Positions 9,771-20,401 of a DNA stretch of 64,000 nt are shown here, one piece after another. The DNA is from Oligoflexia bacterium (GTDB lineage Bacteria; Bdellovibrionota_G; JALEGL01), in the NCBI GenBank assembly GCA_035326705.1, contig DAOLES010000005.1, positions 54,444-118,443 on the forward strand. Reading direction: 5' to 3'. A program made the position numbers and the translations under genes. The notes under the pieces were generated by a model. The model was given only the letters and a program-made list of their open reading frames with translations. It was not told where the DNA came from and searched no databases. Positions within the stretch are counted from its first letter, which is position 1; every line of letters starts with the position of its first letter.

Positions 9771-10702
9771 TGATGTTAGAAACCTTACGTTCTGTTGCCC
9801 AGTCTATATTTTCAAGAAATCCATTAGGCCAAGATCATCACTATTTTTATGATGATATGATAGAATATTTTGATGCAAAAATTAAAGCAAACAGAAATGA
9901 TATTAAAGCTTATTTAATTTTAGGAAAATTGTTCCGCTTGAAAGGTCAGGCTGAAAGAGCTTTTAAACTACACGCTAATTTACTATCGCACCCTCAGTTA
10001 AACAAACGTGATTTACCTCAACTTTATCTTGAAATTGGTTTTGATGCGCTTCATGCTAAACTAGATGACTATGGTGTTGAACATTTTGAAAAAGCCTTAC
10101 TCAATAGACAAACAGCTCCACTTGCACATTATGGTTTGTTTAAAGCTTACGCTCTACAAGACAATAAAGAAAAAACAAGAAAGCACCTTGAAACTTTAGT
10201 CAACCAAAACCACGCCCCAAAAAATATCCTGGTTAACCTTTATCAAAAACATTTAGATGATCTTAAAGACAAGTCCGCAGCCAATAGTTATTTAAACCTA
10301 AGTGAAAAAGCTTTAGCTCTTGACCCACAAAATAACGCCATACAATTACATTATGCTCAAGCATTACATAAAAATAAATATGACAATGAAGCTTTAGATT
10401 ATATTAACACGGTTATTGCAGAATCTTCTTATATCAGTGATTTTCTCAAGCTGACTGAAGATATTTTTTATGCACAAAACAAATACAGTGAGCTTGAATA
10501 TCAGCTTGCAAATTGGCTTAAAAAGTCTGACCATCCAGAAATTCATATTTTAATGGCAAAGTTACTACAAAAAAAACACAAGTTAGAACAAGCCAAACAT
10601 CATTTACAAGCTGCATTTAAGCTTAACCCTAAAAATCCAAATATTTTTCTAACTGCTTTAAGCTGTAACTTTAATGCGCAAGATTTTAAAGATCTATCTT
10701 AA
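9770..10702 (+). CDS. Tetratricopeptide-repeat protein, LapB/YciM-like but without a C-terminal zinc-finger
   Basis: TPR-like helical repeats throughout and translationally coupled to the LapA-like gene. No CxxC pairs at the C-terminus. Confidence 0.45.
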   Translation: MMLETLRSVAQSIFSRNPLGQDHHYFYDDMIEYFDAKIKANRNDIKAYLILGKLFRLKGQAERAFKLHANLLSHPQLNKRDLPQLYLEIGFDALHAKLDDYGVEHFEKALLNRQTAPLAHYGLFKAYALQDNKEKTRKHLETLVNQNHAPKNILVNLYQKHLDDLKDKSAANSYLNLSEKALALDPQNNAIQLHYAQALHKNKYDNEALDYINTVIAESSYISDFLKLTEDIFYAQNKYSELEYQLANWLKKSDHPEIHILMAKLLQKKHKLEQAKHHLQAAFKLNPKNPNIFLTALSCNFNAQDFKDLS

Positions 10703-10724
10703 AAATAAGTCTTAACAGAAGAAA

Positions 10725-11279
10725 TTATTTTTTTTGTATAAAACACAAATTAACAAAATTAATTAAAAAATGAACCCCAATGGGTATAAAAATGTTTTCA
10801 AAGCTAATGTACAAGCTACCCAAAACAAAACCCATGACTGTTGCAAAAACAGTCCAAGGCAAAAACCTTTTACTGGGCCCAGAATGTAACAAGCCAAACA
10901 TCAATGATGCAGGTAACAAGCCAAGATAATATTGAATTAAGCCTCTAAAAAAATACTCCTCACACACCGCAGAAAAAGCCGCTATAAAAAAAATATCCTG
11001 CAAAGACAATTTTCCTAAAATTTCTTGAAACAGTTGTTCAAGATTGTAAAACAGTTTAGAAAACTTACTCAAAATTTGTGATGCTACAATAACCATGCTT
11101 GCAAGCAAAACACAAAAGACAACATCACTACTCCAATGTAAAATTACGTCTTCATGATAGTTTTGATAAGAAATAATTTTGTATTTTTGATCAACAAACC
11201 AAACAATTAAAAAAAGAACAAAATAAATAACCCCCATGGGTAATAACTGTATTCCTTCTTTATGTTCTCTGTCTTCCAT
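10725..11279 (-). CDS. CPBP family intramembrane glutamic endopeptidase (CAAX protease-like)
   Basis: EEYFFRG motif 1, FGLLH motif 2 and HFLINF motif 3 within a polytopic membrane protein. Confidence 0.75.
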   Translation of the reverse strand: MEDREHKEGIQLLPMGVIYFVLFLIVWFVDQKYKIISYQNYHEDVILHWSSDVVFCVLLASMVIVASQILSKFSKLFYNLEQLFQEILGKLSLQDIFFIAAFSAVCEEYFFRGLIQYYLGLLPASLMFGLLHSGPSKRFLPWTVFATVMGFVLGSLYISFENIFIPIGVHFLINFVNLCFIQKK

Positions 11280-11326
11280 ATATATTACACCAAACTATTT
11301 ATGAACATATCCTAATACTAAGTTGT

Positions 11327-12307
11327 TTAGCTTCTTGTTAAGTTTTTTATTTCTTTGATTTTAATAGACATATACCAACTTCCCCATAAACCTGACAAGA
11401 TAATATAACAGCCATTGATAAGGTATAAACTACTTGCATAGGCAATGGCATGATTGACATCAATTAAAAAAATAGCCAAACTGATTTGAATAAAAAAGTG
11501 AAACGTTCCTATAAAACCTGGTGGGCCCGGAATCATCAAACCTAAACTCAATAAACCCAGAACACTCATGGCAGCAAAAAACCCTAATGGGAATTGATAG
11601 GCTTTAAACATTAACCAATACCCTCCTACAGCTGAAACCCAAATTAAAACTGAATAAAAAAATACAATCAAACTTTTTTTTGATGACAAAACAATTGCTA
11701 ATGCTTTTAAAATATGTTGTCCGTAGCGATTCCAAAAAAAATATTTAGTTAATTTATGTTGTTTTTTTTGTATAACCCAAGTTGCCAACAATAAAAACAT
11801 ACTTAAACCCAAAAATAATAATAAACCATTATTAAGATAAAAAGCTATTTTTGCTGATTGCTCAGAACTTAAGATTAAGCCCTGCTTTAAACTCATTTCA
11901 ACGCCAAGAAAAAATAGACCACAAACAACAATTCCATCCCATATTCTTTCAATAAAAACATAGGTTACTGTTTTAGAAATGGGTGTTGCGTATTTTTTTT
12001 TTAGTAAGCCTGGACGAACCAATTCACCTAAACGAAAGGGGAGAATAAAAATTCCTAAAAATCCTATGCTATGAATTGCATAAACATCTAATACGGGCAC
12101 ATCATTTAAATCTTCTTGCAAGTATTTCCAACGTAATGTTCTCAATATGTGCGTCAGAAAAAAACACAAAAAAACGGCAACTTGCAACCCTAAAGAAGTA
12201 TTTTGATAGGCTTTTAAGCTTTGCTCATAATCAACATTTTTAAAGGCCAAATAAAACGCAATCAGTCCAATAAAAACTACAAAAAAAGTTTTAAAAAAAA
12301 TTTTCAC
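11327..12307 (-). CDS. Flippase-like / UPF0104 (lysyl-PG synthase TM-region family) membrane protein
   Basis: 326 aa with about 8 TM helices. The early LRTLRWKYL motif is typical of the TIGR00374/UPF0104 family. Confidence 0.45.
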   Translation of the reverse strand: MKIFFKTFFVVFIGLIAFYLAFKNVDYEQSLKAYQNTSLGLQVAVFLCFFLTHILRTLRWKYLQEDLNDVPVLDVYAIHSIGFLGIFILPFRLGELVRPGLLKKKYATPISKTVTYVFIERIWDGIVVCGLFFLGVEMSLKQGLILSSEQSAKIAFYLNNGLLLFLGLSMFLLLATWVIQKKQHKLTKYFFWNRYGQHILKALAIVLSSKKSLIVFFYSVLIWVSAVGGYWLMFKAYQFPLGFFAAMSVLGLLSLGLMIPGPPGFIGTFHFFIQISLAIFLIDVNHAIAYASSLYLINGCYIILSGLWGSWYMSIKIKEIKNLTRS

Positions 12308-12328
12308 TCGTACAAAAGAAAGAAAACA

Positions 12329-12511
12329 TTATGACTTGGGCTCATCTGAGTTTTTAAGCCGTTCTTGATCATCGTTATCTTCTTCCTTCATGCTTTTTTT
12401 AAAACTCTGAATCCCCTTACCTAAACCTTCAAAAAGCTCTGGAATTTTGCGCCCACCAAAAAGCAACAAAACTACGCCCAACACTACGAGTAACTCTGTC
12501 ATTCCAAACAT
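12329..12511 (-). CDS. tatA: Twin-arginine translocase subunit TatA/E
   Basis: [43 protein letters not shown] is a near-canonical TatA TM helix plus amphipathic helix. Confidence 0.9.
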   Translation of the reverse strand: MFGMTELLVVLGVVLLLFGGRKIPELFEGLGKGIQSFKKSMKEEDNDDQERLKNSDEPKS

Positions 12512-12690
12512 GGGCGCATTCTAGCATGCTTTATCAGAAAGTAAACAAGTATAGAGCAATACCAAGGATAAATTTACCAAGGGAAATTCTGATGTCTTTT
12601 GCATAATAATGACTTTGTTTAGCCTTCTTTCTATACGTAACTTGAGTTATCTAGGTATTTTAGATACTATTTCAGTTCATAATTTTTACT

Positions 12691-13803
12691 ATGGCCATTC
12701 AATTAAAAATATCACACCCCCTTAAAAACATTAAAGTTCTTAAAATTGCTATTAAAATTAACTCAAAAGGATTGATGGTCGCTGCATCCCCTCAATTTTC
12801 TTTAGGTGATGAACTAATTTTAAACTTTGAACAAGGTTTAAAGTTAAGTGGAAAAATTTTTAAATTTAGTCAAAACCCTCAAGGTCAAAAAGGTATGATT
12901 ATTCAGTTCATTGAACTTTCGGCACAAAATAAAAAAGATATCCAAGAACTTCTTGCTCAAGAAAAAAAGTTGGCATCTTCTGACCACAAATCCATGACGC
13001 AAAATTCGGAAGAGCAAGAGACTCAGGCCATGCTTGGCGAAAAAACTATTATTACTGATTTAAATTCATTAGATCATCTTGCTCTACAAAGTCCTGATCA
13101 AAATCCTAACTTTGTTGCCTCTACTTTTGATGAAGAAAATTTTAAAAGCTCATCCTCCAATGATTTAGCCCAAAAAACCCGGATAGAAATGCATTTGCCA
13201 AAAATAGCTCAGGATAGAAAAAAAACCCGTAGAAAAAAATACTTGGGAATCATTGCTATACTTTTAGCAGCAACAACACTCAAACTCGGAGTTGATAAAA
13301 AGTTTAAGCAGTTATGGGAAAAAAGTAAAAGCTTACAAGACAAAATACCAGAAGTTATCAGTGTTCAAGACGTTAAAAAGAAACAAAACACAGCTCCAAA
13401 AAAAAATATTCCCAATAAACCTCGTCAAAAAAGAAGAAGCTCTAAAACACAAGCGCCCACTTCATCCAAAAATTCAACTTCGGCAAGACGCTTAACCCAA
13501 CTTAATTATATTAAAACAGCTGCATTTTATAAAATTTCAATTTCTGCAACTGAAAAACTTAACAATCCCAATGTTGTTCGTTTATCCAACCCAAGTCGTA
13601 TACGCATTGATTTTGTTAATACCCAAAAAGGTAAAACTCGTTCATTGATTAAAGTTAGCGATAACGTCATCAACACCATTGACACTCAACAGGTTAACAC
13701 AACCACCCGTATAGTTATTAACCTTAATCAAAGCCGCTATCCACGCTATGATATCAAAACTTATGATCGTTTTGCTGACATTTTTATCTATACTGTCAAT
13801 TAA
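12691..13803 (+). CDS. PilZ-like N-domain / single TM / C-terminal AMIN-like domain protein
   Basis: The N-terminus resembles PilZ-type beta-barrels. A low-complexity K/Q/S linker follows, then one TM (YLGIIAILLAATTL). The C-terminal YKISISATEKL...VRLSNPSRIRIDFVNT resembles the AMIN domain. Confidence 0.35.
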   Translation: MAIQLKISHPLKNIKVLKIAIKINSKGLMVAASPQFSLGDELILNFEQGLKLSGKIFKFSQNPQGQKGMIIQFIELSAQNKKDIQELLAQEKKLASSDHKSMTQNSEEQETQAMLGEKTIITDLNSLDHLALQSPDQNPNFVASTFDEENFKSSSSNDLAQKTRIEMHLPKIAQDRKKTRRKKYLGIIAILLAATTLKLGVDKKFKQLWEKSKSLQDKIPEVISVQDVKKKQNTAPKKNIPNKPRQKRRSSKTQAPTSSKNSTSARRLTQLNYIKTAAFYKISISATEKLNNPNVVRLSNPSRIRIDFVNTQKGKTRSLIKVSDNVINTIDTQQVNTTTRIVINLNQSRYPRYDIKTYDRFADIFIYTVN

Positions 13804-13821
13804 TGATTAATGATGAGTTTT

Positions 13822-14790
13822 TTAAGCCAATTTTTTTCTATACCACTCAATGGTCCTATTAAGCCCTGTTTCCAGATCAAACTTTGGCTGGAACTGTAAA
13901 AGTTCTTTAGCCTTATTGATATCAGGAATACGCAGTTCAACATCTTGCTGATCCCATGTTTTAAACTTTATATCTGAATCTGATTCAGATAAGCGTATAA
14001 TTTCTTTGGCTAAACCATAAATGGTTAAAGTATTCTGCGGGTTGCCTATATTAAATGCTTCGCCCACCGCTTTGTCTACTGTTAAACAGAGCAAGATTCC
14101 ATCAATAATATCATCAATGTAACACCAAGACCTGATCTGATCACCATCATTATGAATTTCTAGATCTTGCTTATGTAAAGCACGCGTTATAAAACGATGA
14201 ATAGCCCCTTCTCCAACTTGATTGGGTCCAAAAATATTAAACGGCCGGACTGAACAAGTTGGAAGTCCATACTGGCGCCAATAATTGTGCGCTAGGTGTT
14301 CCGTAGCCAACTTACTTACAGCATAGGTCCACCGGGCTTCACCAACAGCACCTAAGCTTGTAGCATTGCCTTCTGTTACTTTATAGGCATAAGTTCCAAA
14401 AACTTCACTGGTAGAAAAATCTATAACTCTCTCTATTGAGTTTTGCTTTTTGCTGGCTTCCAAAATATTGTAAGTGCCTAATAAGGCAATGGTCATGGTT
14501 TCAACTGGTTTTTTTAAAACCGTATCAACACCGGCAATTGAAGCTAAATGAATCACATGCGTTTTATCTTTACATGCAGCTTCAACATCACTTTGCACGC
14601 AAACATCACCTTTAATAATACTTACATTTGGGTGTTCAGCTAACTGTGTATTTTTTAGTGCATCACGAGAAAAATTATCTAAGATAGTCACATGATTATT
14701 TTCACATAATAATTGAACCAAATGTGAGCCTATGAACCCTGCTCCACCCGTAATTAAAATTTTTTTATTTTCCAAGTGCTTGCTGCTCAT
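13822..14790 (-). CDS. NAD-dependent epimerase/dehydratase (extended SDR)
   Basis: ILITGGAGFIGSHL Rossmann motif and the YAVSK catalytic YxxxK. I moved the start to the second Met (14790) because it forms an ATGA overlap with the upstream MaoC stop. Confidence 0.8.
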   Translation of the reverse strand: MSSKHLENKKILITGGAGFIGSHLVQLLCENNHVTILDNFSRDALKNTQLAEHPNVSIIKGDVCVQSDVEAACKDKTHVIHLASIAGVDTVLKKPVETMTIALLGTYNILEASKKQNSIERVIDFSTSEVFGTYAYKVTEGNATSLGAVGEARWTYAVSKLATEHLAHNYWRQYGLPTCSVRPFNIFGPNQVGEGAIHRFITRALHKQDLEIHNDGDQIRSWCYIDDIIDGILLCLTVDKAVGEAFNIGNPQNTLTIYGLAKEIIRLSESDSDIKFKTWDQQDVELRIPDINKAKELLQFQPKFDLETGLNRTIEWYRKKLA

Positions 14791-15257
14791 TCTGGTTTTT
14801 TCCCTACCATTAAGGTCCAAATGCCTTGTTGGGTAACTTTTTCATCTTGATTGACCAGCTTACGCTCTATCTTAACGATTCCAGCACCTCTGCGTCCAAG
14901 ATCTTTAAGTTTAATAATTTTACTTTCACTATGTACGGTGTCTCCAATAAATATAGGTTTAGCAAATTTCCATTCTAAATTTGCAAAGGCCACTATGGCC
15001 CACGGGGCTTCTGTTGTTTGTAAACCAGATGAAATAGACAATCCTAATAAACCATGGGCTATTCTTTGGCCAAATTCTGTTGATTTGGCAAATTCTGCAT
15101 CTGTATGAATTCTATTAAAATCACCACTCAAACCAGCAAAATTAACAATATCGGCTTCTGTAATTGTTCTATTGGCGGATCGCCACTGATAGCCAAGTTC
15201 TAAAGCATCAAAATAAGTGTATTCTTCTCCACGCATTGTACGTCCTTTTTTAATCAA
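14787..15257 (-). CDS. MaoC-family (R)-specific enoyl-CoA hydratase / hot-dog fold dehydratase
   Basis: FAGLSGDFNRIHTDAEFA and IAHGLL are hallmark MaoC dehydratase motifs. Confidence 0.8.
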   Translation of the reverse strand: MIKKGRTMRGEEYTYFDALELGYQWRSANRTITEADIVNFAGLSGDFNRIHTDAEFAKSTEFGQRIAHGLLGLSISSGLQTTEAPWAIVAFANLEWKFAKPIFIGDTVHSESKIIKLKDLGRRGAGIVKIERKLVNQDEKVTQQGIWTLMVGKKPE

Positions 15258-15346
15258 AATTAAATCAGAAACACTAAACTAATAAGATGTTCAAATTTAA
15301 GCAAGTTTTTGCACTCTTTATAAGTTCAAGGTATATCAGCTAACGC

Positions 15347-15943
15347 ATGATCAAATTACTGAATATCAGCTGGATAGGTTGTTTGACTTTATGTGTGCTC
15401 CTTTTACAAGGCTGCGAACATAAAGTTAATATTTTGGGCCAATATTCTAGTGACTACCACAAAAATTTACGTCACCAAACCCGCAGCAAAGGCGCATATA
15501 CTATTGAGAAAGTTCGTTTTGAAACACAAGTCGTATTTTTAAATGAAGCCTTACGACGAGCTTATGTCAATGAGTTTGCCAATAAATATCGTCTCAGTGA
15601 AGAAGAGAAACAACAACTTTTACAAGAACAGCTGGCTGAAAATGAGGAGAACTATACCTTTTTGGTTTTTCATTTTTCAAACAATCATAAATTATCCAAA
15701 ATAGAAAAAAATGCTCATAACTGGAAAGTGCGGATGGTCCAATCTGATGGAAGCTTAGCAACACCCAAACGTATTCAGGATTTGCAAGGCGATGCATTGA
15801 TGCTAAGCTATTTTTATCCACAGATTACACCATGGTCTCGCAACTATCGGGTTCATTTTCCAAAACAAGATGAATCCATGGAACAACTAACACTAAACTT
15901 GGATAGTGTTGAAGCCAACCTATCGTTTCACTGGAAAAATTAA
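15347..15943 (+). CDS. Hypothetical lipoprotein
   Basis: Signal peptide with lipobox LLLQGC. It ends 3 nt before asnS. No recognised family. Confidence 0.45.
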   Translation: MIKLLNISWIGCLTLCVLLLQGCEHKVNILGQYSSDYHKNLRHQTRSKGAYTIEKVRFETQVVFLNEALRRAYVNEFANKYRLSEEEKQQLLQEQLAENEENYTFLVFHFSNNHKLSKIEKNAHNWKVRMVQSDGSLATPKRIQDLQGDALMLSYFYPQITPWSRNYRVHFPKQDESMEQLTLNLDSVEANLSFHWKN

Positions 15944-15946
15944 ATC

Positions 15947-17248
15947 ATGAGTACAATTGCCTCCCCTAGAATAGCTGATATTGGCCAATGTGTTAATCAA
16001 ACTGTATGTTTAAAAGGTTGGCTGTACAATAGACGCAGCAGTAAAAATGTTCACTTCTTAGAATTGCGTGATGGCAGTGCTATCATCCAATGTGTGATTG
16101 GTAAAAATGATGTCTCGCCTGAGTTATTTGAAGCTGCTGCTAACTTAAGCCAAGAAACATCTTTAATGATTACTGGGACAGTCCGTGAAGATTCACGTTC
16201 AGATCTAGGTTATGAAATTGGTGTTACTGATTACACGGTTGTTGGTGAAGCCACCGACTACCCCATTACACCTAAAGAACATGGTGTGGCTTTTTTAATG
16301 GAAAACCGACATTTATGGCTACGCTCCAAACGACAAAATGCCATTTTAAAAATAAGACATGAGTTGGTTAATGCCATCCGTGATTTTTTCAATCAAGAAG
16401 ATTTTACTTTAATTGATGCGCCAATTTTTACCCCTTCAGCCTGTGAAGGAACCACCAATCTTTTTGAAACCACTTATTTTGATAGGCAAGCTTATTTGAC
16501 CCAAAGTGGCCAGCTTTATATGGAAGCTGGTGCCATGGCTTTTGGTAAGGTGTATTGCTTTGGTCCTACCTTTAGAGCAGAAAAATCCAAGACACGTAGA
16601 CACTTGACTGAGTTTTGGATGGTAGAGCCAGAAGTGGCTTACAATACACTTTACGACAATATGGATTTGGCAGAAAAATTTTTAAAATACATTGTGGGTC
16701 GAGTTTTAGAAAACCGTAAACTAGAACTTAAAGTCTTAGAAAGAGACATCAGCGCCTTAGAAAAAATTCAAAAACCCTTTCCACGCATCCACTACAATGA
16801 CGCCATTAAAAAGCTACAAGAATTAGGCAGTGACATTGTTTGGGGAGATGACTTTGGTGCAGATGATGAAACCATGCTGACCAAAGAATTTGATACACCC
16901 ATCATGGTTCATCATTACCCGGCAGAGATCAAAGCCTTTTATATGAAAAAAGATCCAGAAAACAGTAAACTATCTTTATCTGTAGATGTCCTTGCGCCTG
17001 AAGGTTATGGTGAAATCATTGGCGGTGGTGAACGTGAAGACAATTTAGAGGTTTTAGAAAAAGCCATTGCAGCGCACGATTTACCCAAAGAACATTTTGA
17101 ATGGTTCTTAGACTTACGTCGTTATGGTACCGTTCCGCATGCTGGTTTTGGCCTAGGTTTAGAACGAGCAGTGGCTTGGGTCTGTGGCTTACACCATGTT
17201 AGAGAAACCATCCCATTTCCAAGATTGATGGATCGAATCAAACCTTAA
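15947..17248 (+). CDS. asnS: Asparagine--tRNA ligase
   Basis: Class IIb aaRS with an OB anticodon-binding N-domain, motif 2 [21 protein letters not shown] (AsnRS-type) and motif 3 [10 protein letters not shown]. Confidence 0.9.
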   Translation: MSTIASPRIADIGQCVNQTVCLKGWLYNRRSSKNVHFLELRDGSAIIQCVIGKNDVSPELFEAAANLSQETSLMITGTVREDSRSDLGYEIGVTDYTVVGEATDYPITPKEHGVAFLMENRHLWLRSKRQNAILKIRHELVNAIRDFFNQEDFTLIDAPIFTPSACEGTTNLFETTYFDRQAYLTQSGQLYMEAGAMAFGKVYCFGPTFRAEKSKTRRHLTEFWMVEPEVAYNTLYDNMDLAEKFLKYIVGRVLENRKLELKVLERDISALEKIQKPFPRIHYNDAIKKLQELGSDIVWGDDFGADDETMLTKEFDTPIMVHHYPAEIKAFYMKKDPENSKLSLSVDVLAPEGYGEIIGGGEREDNLEVLEKAIAAHDLPKEHFEWFLDLRRYGTVPHAGFGLGLERAVAWVCGLHHVRETIPFPRLMDRIKP

Positions 17249-18495
17249 ATGGGGTCACTCTTGTCTAAAGCCTGTTGAATATCTTTTTGAATATCTCTCC
17301 AATCTTCAATACCTACGGATATTCTAACCAAACCTTGATCAATATCATTTTCTTTTAAAACCTCTTCACTCATTTCACTGTGCGTTGTACTGGCTGGGTG
17401 ACAAGCCAAAGATTCCATGCCGCCCAAGCTGACAGCATTTTTGATAATCTTTAGATGTCTTAAGAAATTAAAGGCTTGGCTTTTACCGCCTTTTAGAACC
17501 AATGAAAACAAGGCACCCGGCTGTCCACACTGATCTTCCCATAAGGTTTCTTGTTTGGAATCCGTAAAATAACCCGGATAATACACCTGCTTTATTGCTG
17601 GATGTTGATGAATGGCTTTAACAATGCGCTGTGCATTTTTACTTTGTTTTTCCATTCGCAGTTGCACTGTGGGCAAGCGACTATCCAAAATCCAACACTC
17701 ATCCGCTTGCATGATATTGCCTAATAAAGCTCTATACCCGCGCAAGGCATTTAAATGTTCAATACTTTTTCCTAAAATAACTCCCCCTAACATGTCACTA
17801 AAACCAGCCAAGTATTTGGTGGCTGAGTAAACCACCAAGTCTGCGCCCAATTTAATGGGATGCTGATACGTAGGCCCCATTAGAGTATTATCAACAACCA
17901 GCAAAGGTTGCTTTGGATGTTCTTTACAGGCTTGTGCTATTTGCTTTAAATCTAACAAACATAAGTTAGGATTAGATGGGGTTTCTACAAAAACCATAGC
18001 AATGGTTTTATTGTTTTTAATTGTGGTCAATACTTGGTTTAGACTTTTTGCCGGAGCCTCTATACCTTGAATATTTAGAGGCTGTAACACTTCTTTAATA
18101 AGATGGTAGGTTCCGCCATAAAGTGGCGTGGTATAAACAAATGCTTCTCCGGGTTTATTGAGAGCCAGCAGCAATGTTGAAATGGCTGCCATACCTGAGT
18201 TAAAAACCACAGCATCTTTGGATTTCGGTTCTAATGGCGTTAAATGCTGTTCTAAAATTTCTGCATTGGGATGCGACAAACGTGAATAGATAAGCTCTGG
18301 TATTTCACCGGCTTCTTTTTCTTTCTTATTCAAGGCTATAGCAAAGGCGTTTTCTGCTGCTTCTGGTGAAGAAAAAACAAAGGTAGAGCTTCTAAATACT
18401 GCCGGTCGGGCTGAACCAACTGATAAAGATGGGTCAAAACCTTCTGTAATCACTGAGGTTTTTGGATATAAGGTTGATTTTCTTTTTTTTGCCAT
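17245..18495 (-). CDS. Cys/Met-metabolism PLP-dependent enzyme (methionine gamma-lyase / cystathionine gamma-synthase family)
   Basis: SGMAAI, VVDNT and [12 protein letters not shown] (PLP-lysine region) are family signatures. Substrate specificity cannot be decided from sequence by eye. Confidence 0.8.
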   Translation of the reverse strand: MAKKRKSTLYPKTSVITEGFDPSLSVGSARPAVFRSSTFVFSSPEAAENAFAIALNKKEKEAGEIPELIYSRLSHPNAEILEQHLTPLEPKSKDAVVFNSGMAAISTLLLALNKPGEAFVYTTPLYGGTYHLIKEVLQPLNIQGIEAPAKSLNQVLTTIKNNKTIAMVFVETPSNPNLCLLDLKQIAQACKEHPKQPLLVVDNTLMGPTYQHPIKLGADLVVYSATKYLAGFSDMLGGVILGKSIEHLNALRGYRALLGNIMQADECWILDSRLPTVQLRMEKQSKNAQRIVKAIHQHPAIKQVYYPGYFTDSKQETLWEDQCGQPGALFSLVLKGGKSQAFNFLRHLKIIKNAVSLGGMESLACHPASTTHSEMSEEVLKENDIDQGLVRISVGIEDWRDIQKDIQQALDKSDPI

Positions 18496-18635
18496 AACAA
18501 TGACACGCTATCACTCTCAAACCCCTCTCATCAACAAAATCATAAAACGCATCAAAAAGAAACCGTATCTTGTTGTTTATAGTTGCTATCCCTTGTGTAT
18601 GTACTCAAAGTTATTGAATAATTTTGATCTATTCC

Positions 18636-18656
18636 AAAAGGTAGCCGGTACCTTTT
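18636..18656. promoter_or_regulatory. Palindrome AAAAGGTA-N5-TACCTTTT in a divergent promoter region
   Basis: Perfect 8 bp arms with a 5 nt spacer (GCCGG). The same arms recur at 54477-54497 inside a longer hairpin. Confidence 0.3.
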
Positions 18657-18752
18657 AGCAGTGTTTTGAATGATATAAAATTTGATCTATTTTTTTTTGC
18701 ACTTTATAGTTTGCAAGTAAACATACAAAACTTTAGCTTAAGGAGGCTACCT

Positions 18753-19127
18753 ATGTCTAAAACTACAAACCCTGTCAACTGGTTTGAAATTCCAGCAACA
18801 AATATTGAACGTGCTAAAACGTTTTATGAGAATGTTTTTGGAACAAACTTAGATATCAGTGAAATGGGCCCATATAAAATGGCATTTTTCCCTTGGGATC
18901 ACCAAGCTGCTGGCTGTCCTGGTGCTTTGGTCATGGGTGAAAATTACACTCCTTCTCATCAAGGCAGTACGGTTTATTTTTCTGTAGATAATATTGATGA
19001 ATGCTTGGCTAAGGTTAAAACTGCCAATGGTAAAGTTTTACAAGAAAAAACCAGCATTGGTGAACATGGTGCTATTGCTCACTTTGAAGATACAGAGGGC
19101 AATCGTGTCTCATTGCACAGCAAATAA
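18753..19127 (+). CDS. VOC (glyoxalase/bleomycin-resistance fold) family protein
   Basis: MSKTTNPVNWFEIPATNIERAKTFYENVFG is typical of small VOC proteins. The start is moved to the ATG at 18753, which is preceded by AAGGAGG 6 nt upstream. Confidence 0.75.
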   Translation: MSKTTNPVNWFEIPATNIERAKTFYENVFGTNLDISEMGPYKMAFFPWDHQAAGCPGALVMGENYTPSHQGSTVYFSVDNIDECLAKVKTANGKVLQEKTSIGEHGAIAHFEDTEGNRVSLHSK

Positions 19128-19181
19128 TTTTAGTTTCCAATAAGTAAAATGTTAAAAAACACTCTTTGCATGCGTCAAACC

Positions 19182-19964
19182 TTAAGCTTTAAAACAGCGT
19201 AATGTTTCTTTAAAGATTAAGGTTTGCAACTCACCCAAACTCTCTTTGTACTTATCAGAAAGATGCAATAAATTTTTTTTGTTTTCAATGGGTAGGTTTA
19301 TTAATGACGGTTGTTGCTTTTGCATGGACCGATGATCTGGTTCATATTCATTGAAGTACGTCGGTTGGTTAGTTTGTATAGGAACAGGAACTGCCACCAC
19401 CCCAATACCTGTAGTATTAAGATAAGCTCTTTCTAAAATCATGGCATTTCTATCATCAAACATCCCATCCGATACAACAATAATAATTTTATGACGTCCT
19501 TCTGAATTTTCAAGCAAAAGCTCCGCTTCATTTAATGCCGGTGTAATAAATGTTTGACTTTGCTCATCTTCTTCATACAAATCGGTAAACCAAGATGAAT
19601 TCCAATTTTCTCTGATTTCAGATGAAGAACTAGAAAAATCATATAAGGTATTAACCGTTTGTCCAAAACCTAAAACCGCCACTCTACTTCCATCAGGTTT
19701 CTGACTAATGCATGTATCCTGAGCAATGGTTTTTGCAATATTAATAGACTTTTGGATGTAGGCAATGCTACCAGAAACATCCACCAATATGACAATATCT
19801 GCTCTTTGCTGGGCTATCGCACCAGAAGCAAGACAAAAGACTAAACCTAAAACTAGTTTTTTAATTTCCCCAAACATGCTTTTTACTAACATGGATAAAA
19901 TATACAAATCAAGAGCAAAATAAACGACTAAAAGTAACCTATAATCCATGGATTTATAATACAA
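19182..19964 (-). CDS. von Willebrand factor A domain secreted protein
   Basis: ADIVILVDVSGSI contains the MIDAS DxSxS motif, and IIIVVSDG appears later. The true start is probably an internal Met before the signal peptide LVFCLASGAIAQQ. Confidence 0.6.
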   Translation of the reverse strand: MYYKSMDYRLLLVVYFALDLYILSMLVKSMFGEIKKLVLGLVFCLASGAIAQQRADIVILVDVSGSIAYIQKSINIAKTIAQDTCISQKPDGSRVAVLGFGQTVNTLYDFSSSSSEIRENWNSSWFTDLYEEDEQSQTFITPALNEAELLLENSEGRHKIIIVVSDGMFDDRNAMILERAYLNTTGIGVVAVPVPIQTNQPTYFNEYEPDHRSMQKQQPSLINLPIENKKNLLHLSDKYKESLGELQTLIFKETLRCFKA

Positions 19965-19984
19965 AACACGTTAAGTAAAAAAAC

Positions 19985-20398
19985 ATGTCCCTTCAGCTAC
20001 CACAAAGCAAAATACTTCTCGTTTTAGTTACATTGTTTAGTGGTGCTTTTTTATTATTGCTTTTATGGTTAAAACAACCCTTTTCACCAAAAATACAAAC
20101 TGTTTCCAAACAAGAGATAAAAAACCTCTTAGCTCAAGAAAAAACAAACAACAGCCCAATCTTGATTGACTTAAGAACAGACTGGGAAATAAAAAAAACC
20201 GGGAAAATTCCCGGTGCAATCCACATCAATTATTTTTCTTTTAACTTTTCTGAAAAACTTAAAGCATTGGATCCAAATAAAAGTTATATTGTTTATTGTT
20301 GGGTTGGGGTTCGTTCAAATAAAGCTGCTCAAAAAATGCATTCTATGGGTTTAGATGTCATTGACTATCATGGTGGTATGAAAGACTGGCTAAAATAA
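19985..20398 (+). CDS. Rhodanese-like domain protein with N-terminal TM/signal anchor
   Basis: ILIDLRTDWE...IPGAIHI...YIVYCWVGVRSNKAAQ fits the rhodanese fold with an active-site Cys loop. Confidence 0.75.
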   Translation: MSLQLPQSKILLVLVTLFSGAFLLLLLWLKQPFSPKIQTVSKQEIKNLLAQEKTNNSPILIDLRTDWEIKKTGKIPGAIHINYFSFNFSEKLKALDPNKSYIVYCWVGVRSNKAAQKMHSMGLDVIDYHGGMKDWLK

Positions 20399-20401
20399 CT
20401 C

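Noticed and set aside
18496-18752. Possible SAM/Met riboswitch upstream of the Cys/Met PLP-enzyme gene
   Set aside because: The leader is AT-rich with no recognisable conserved riboswitch core. Only the short palindrome reported separately stands out.
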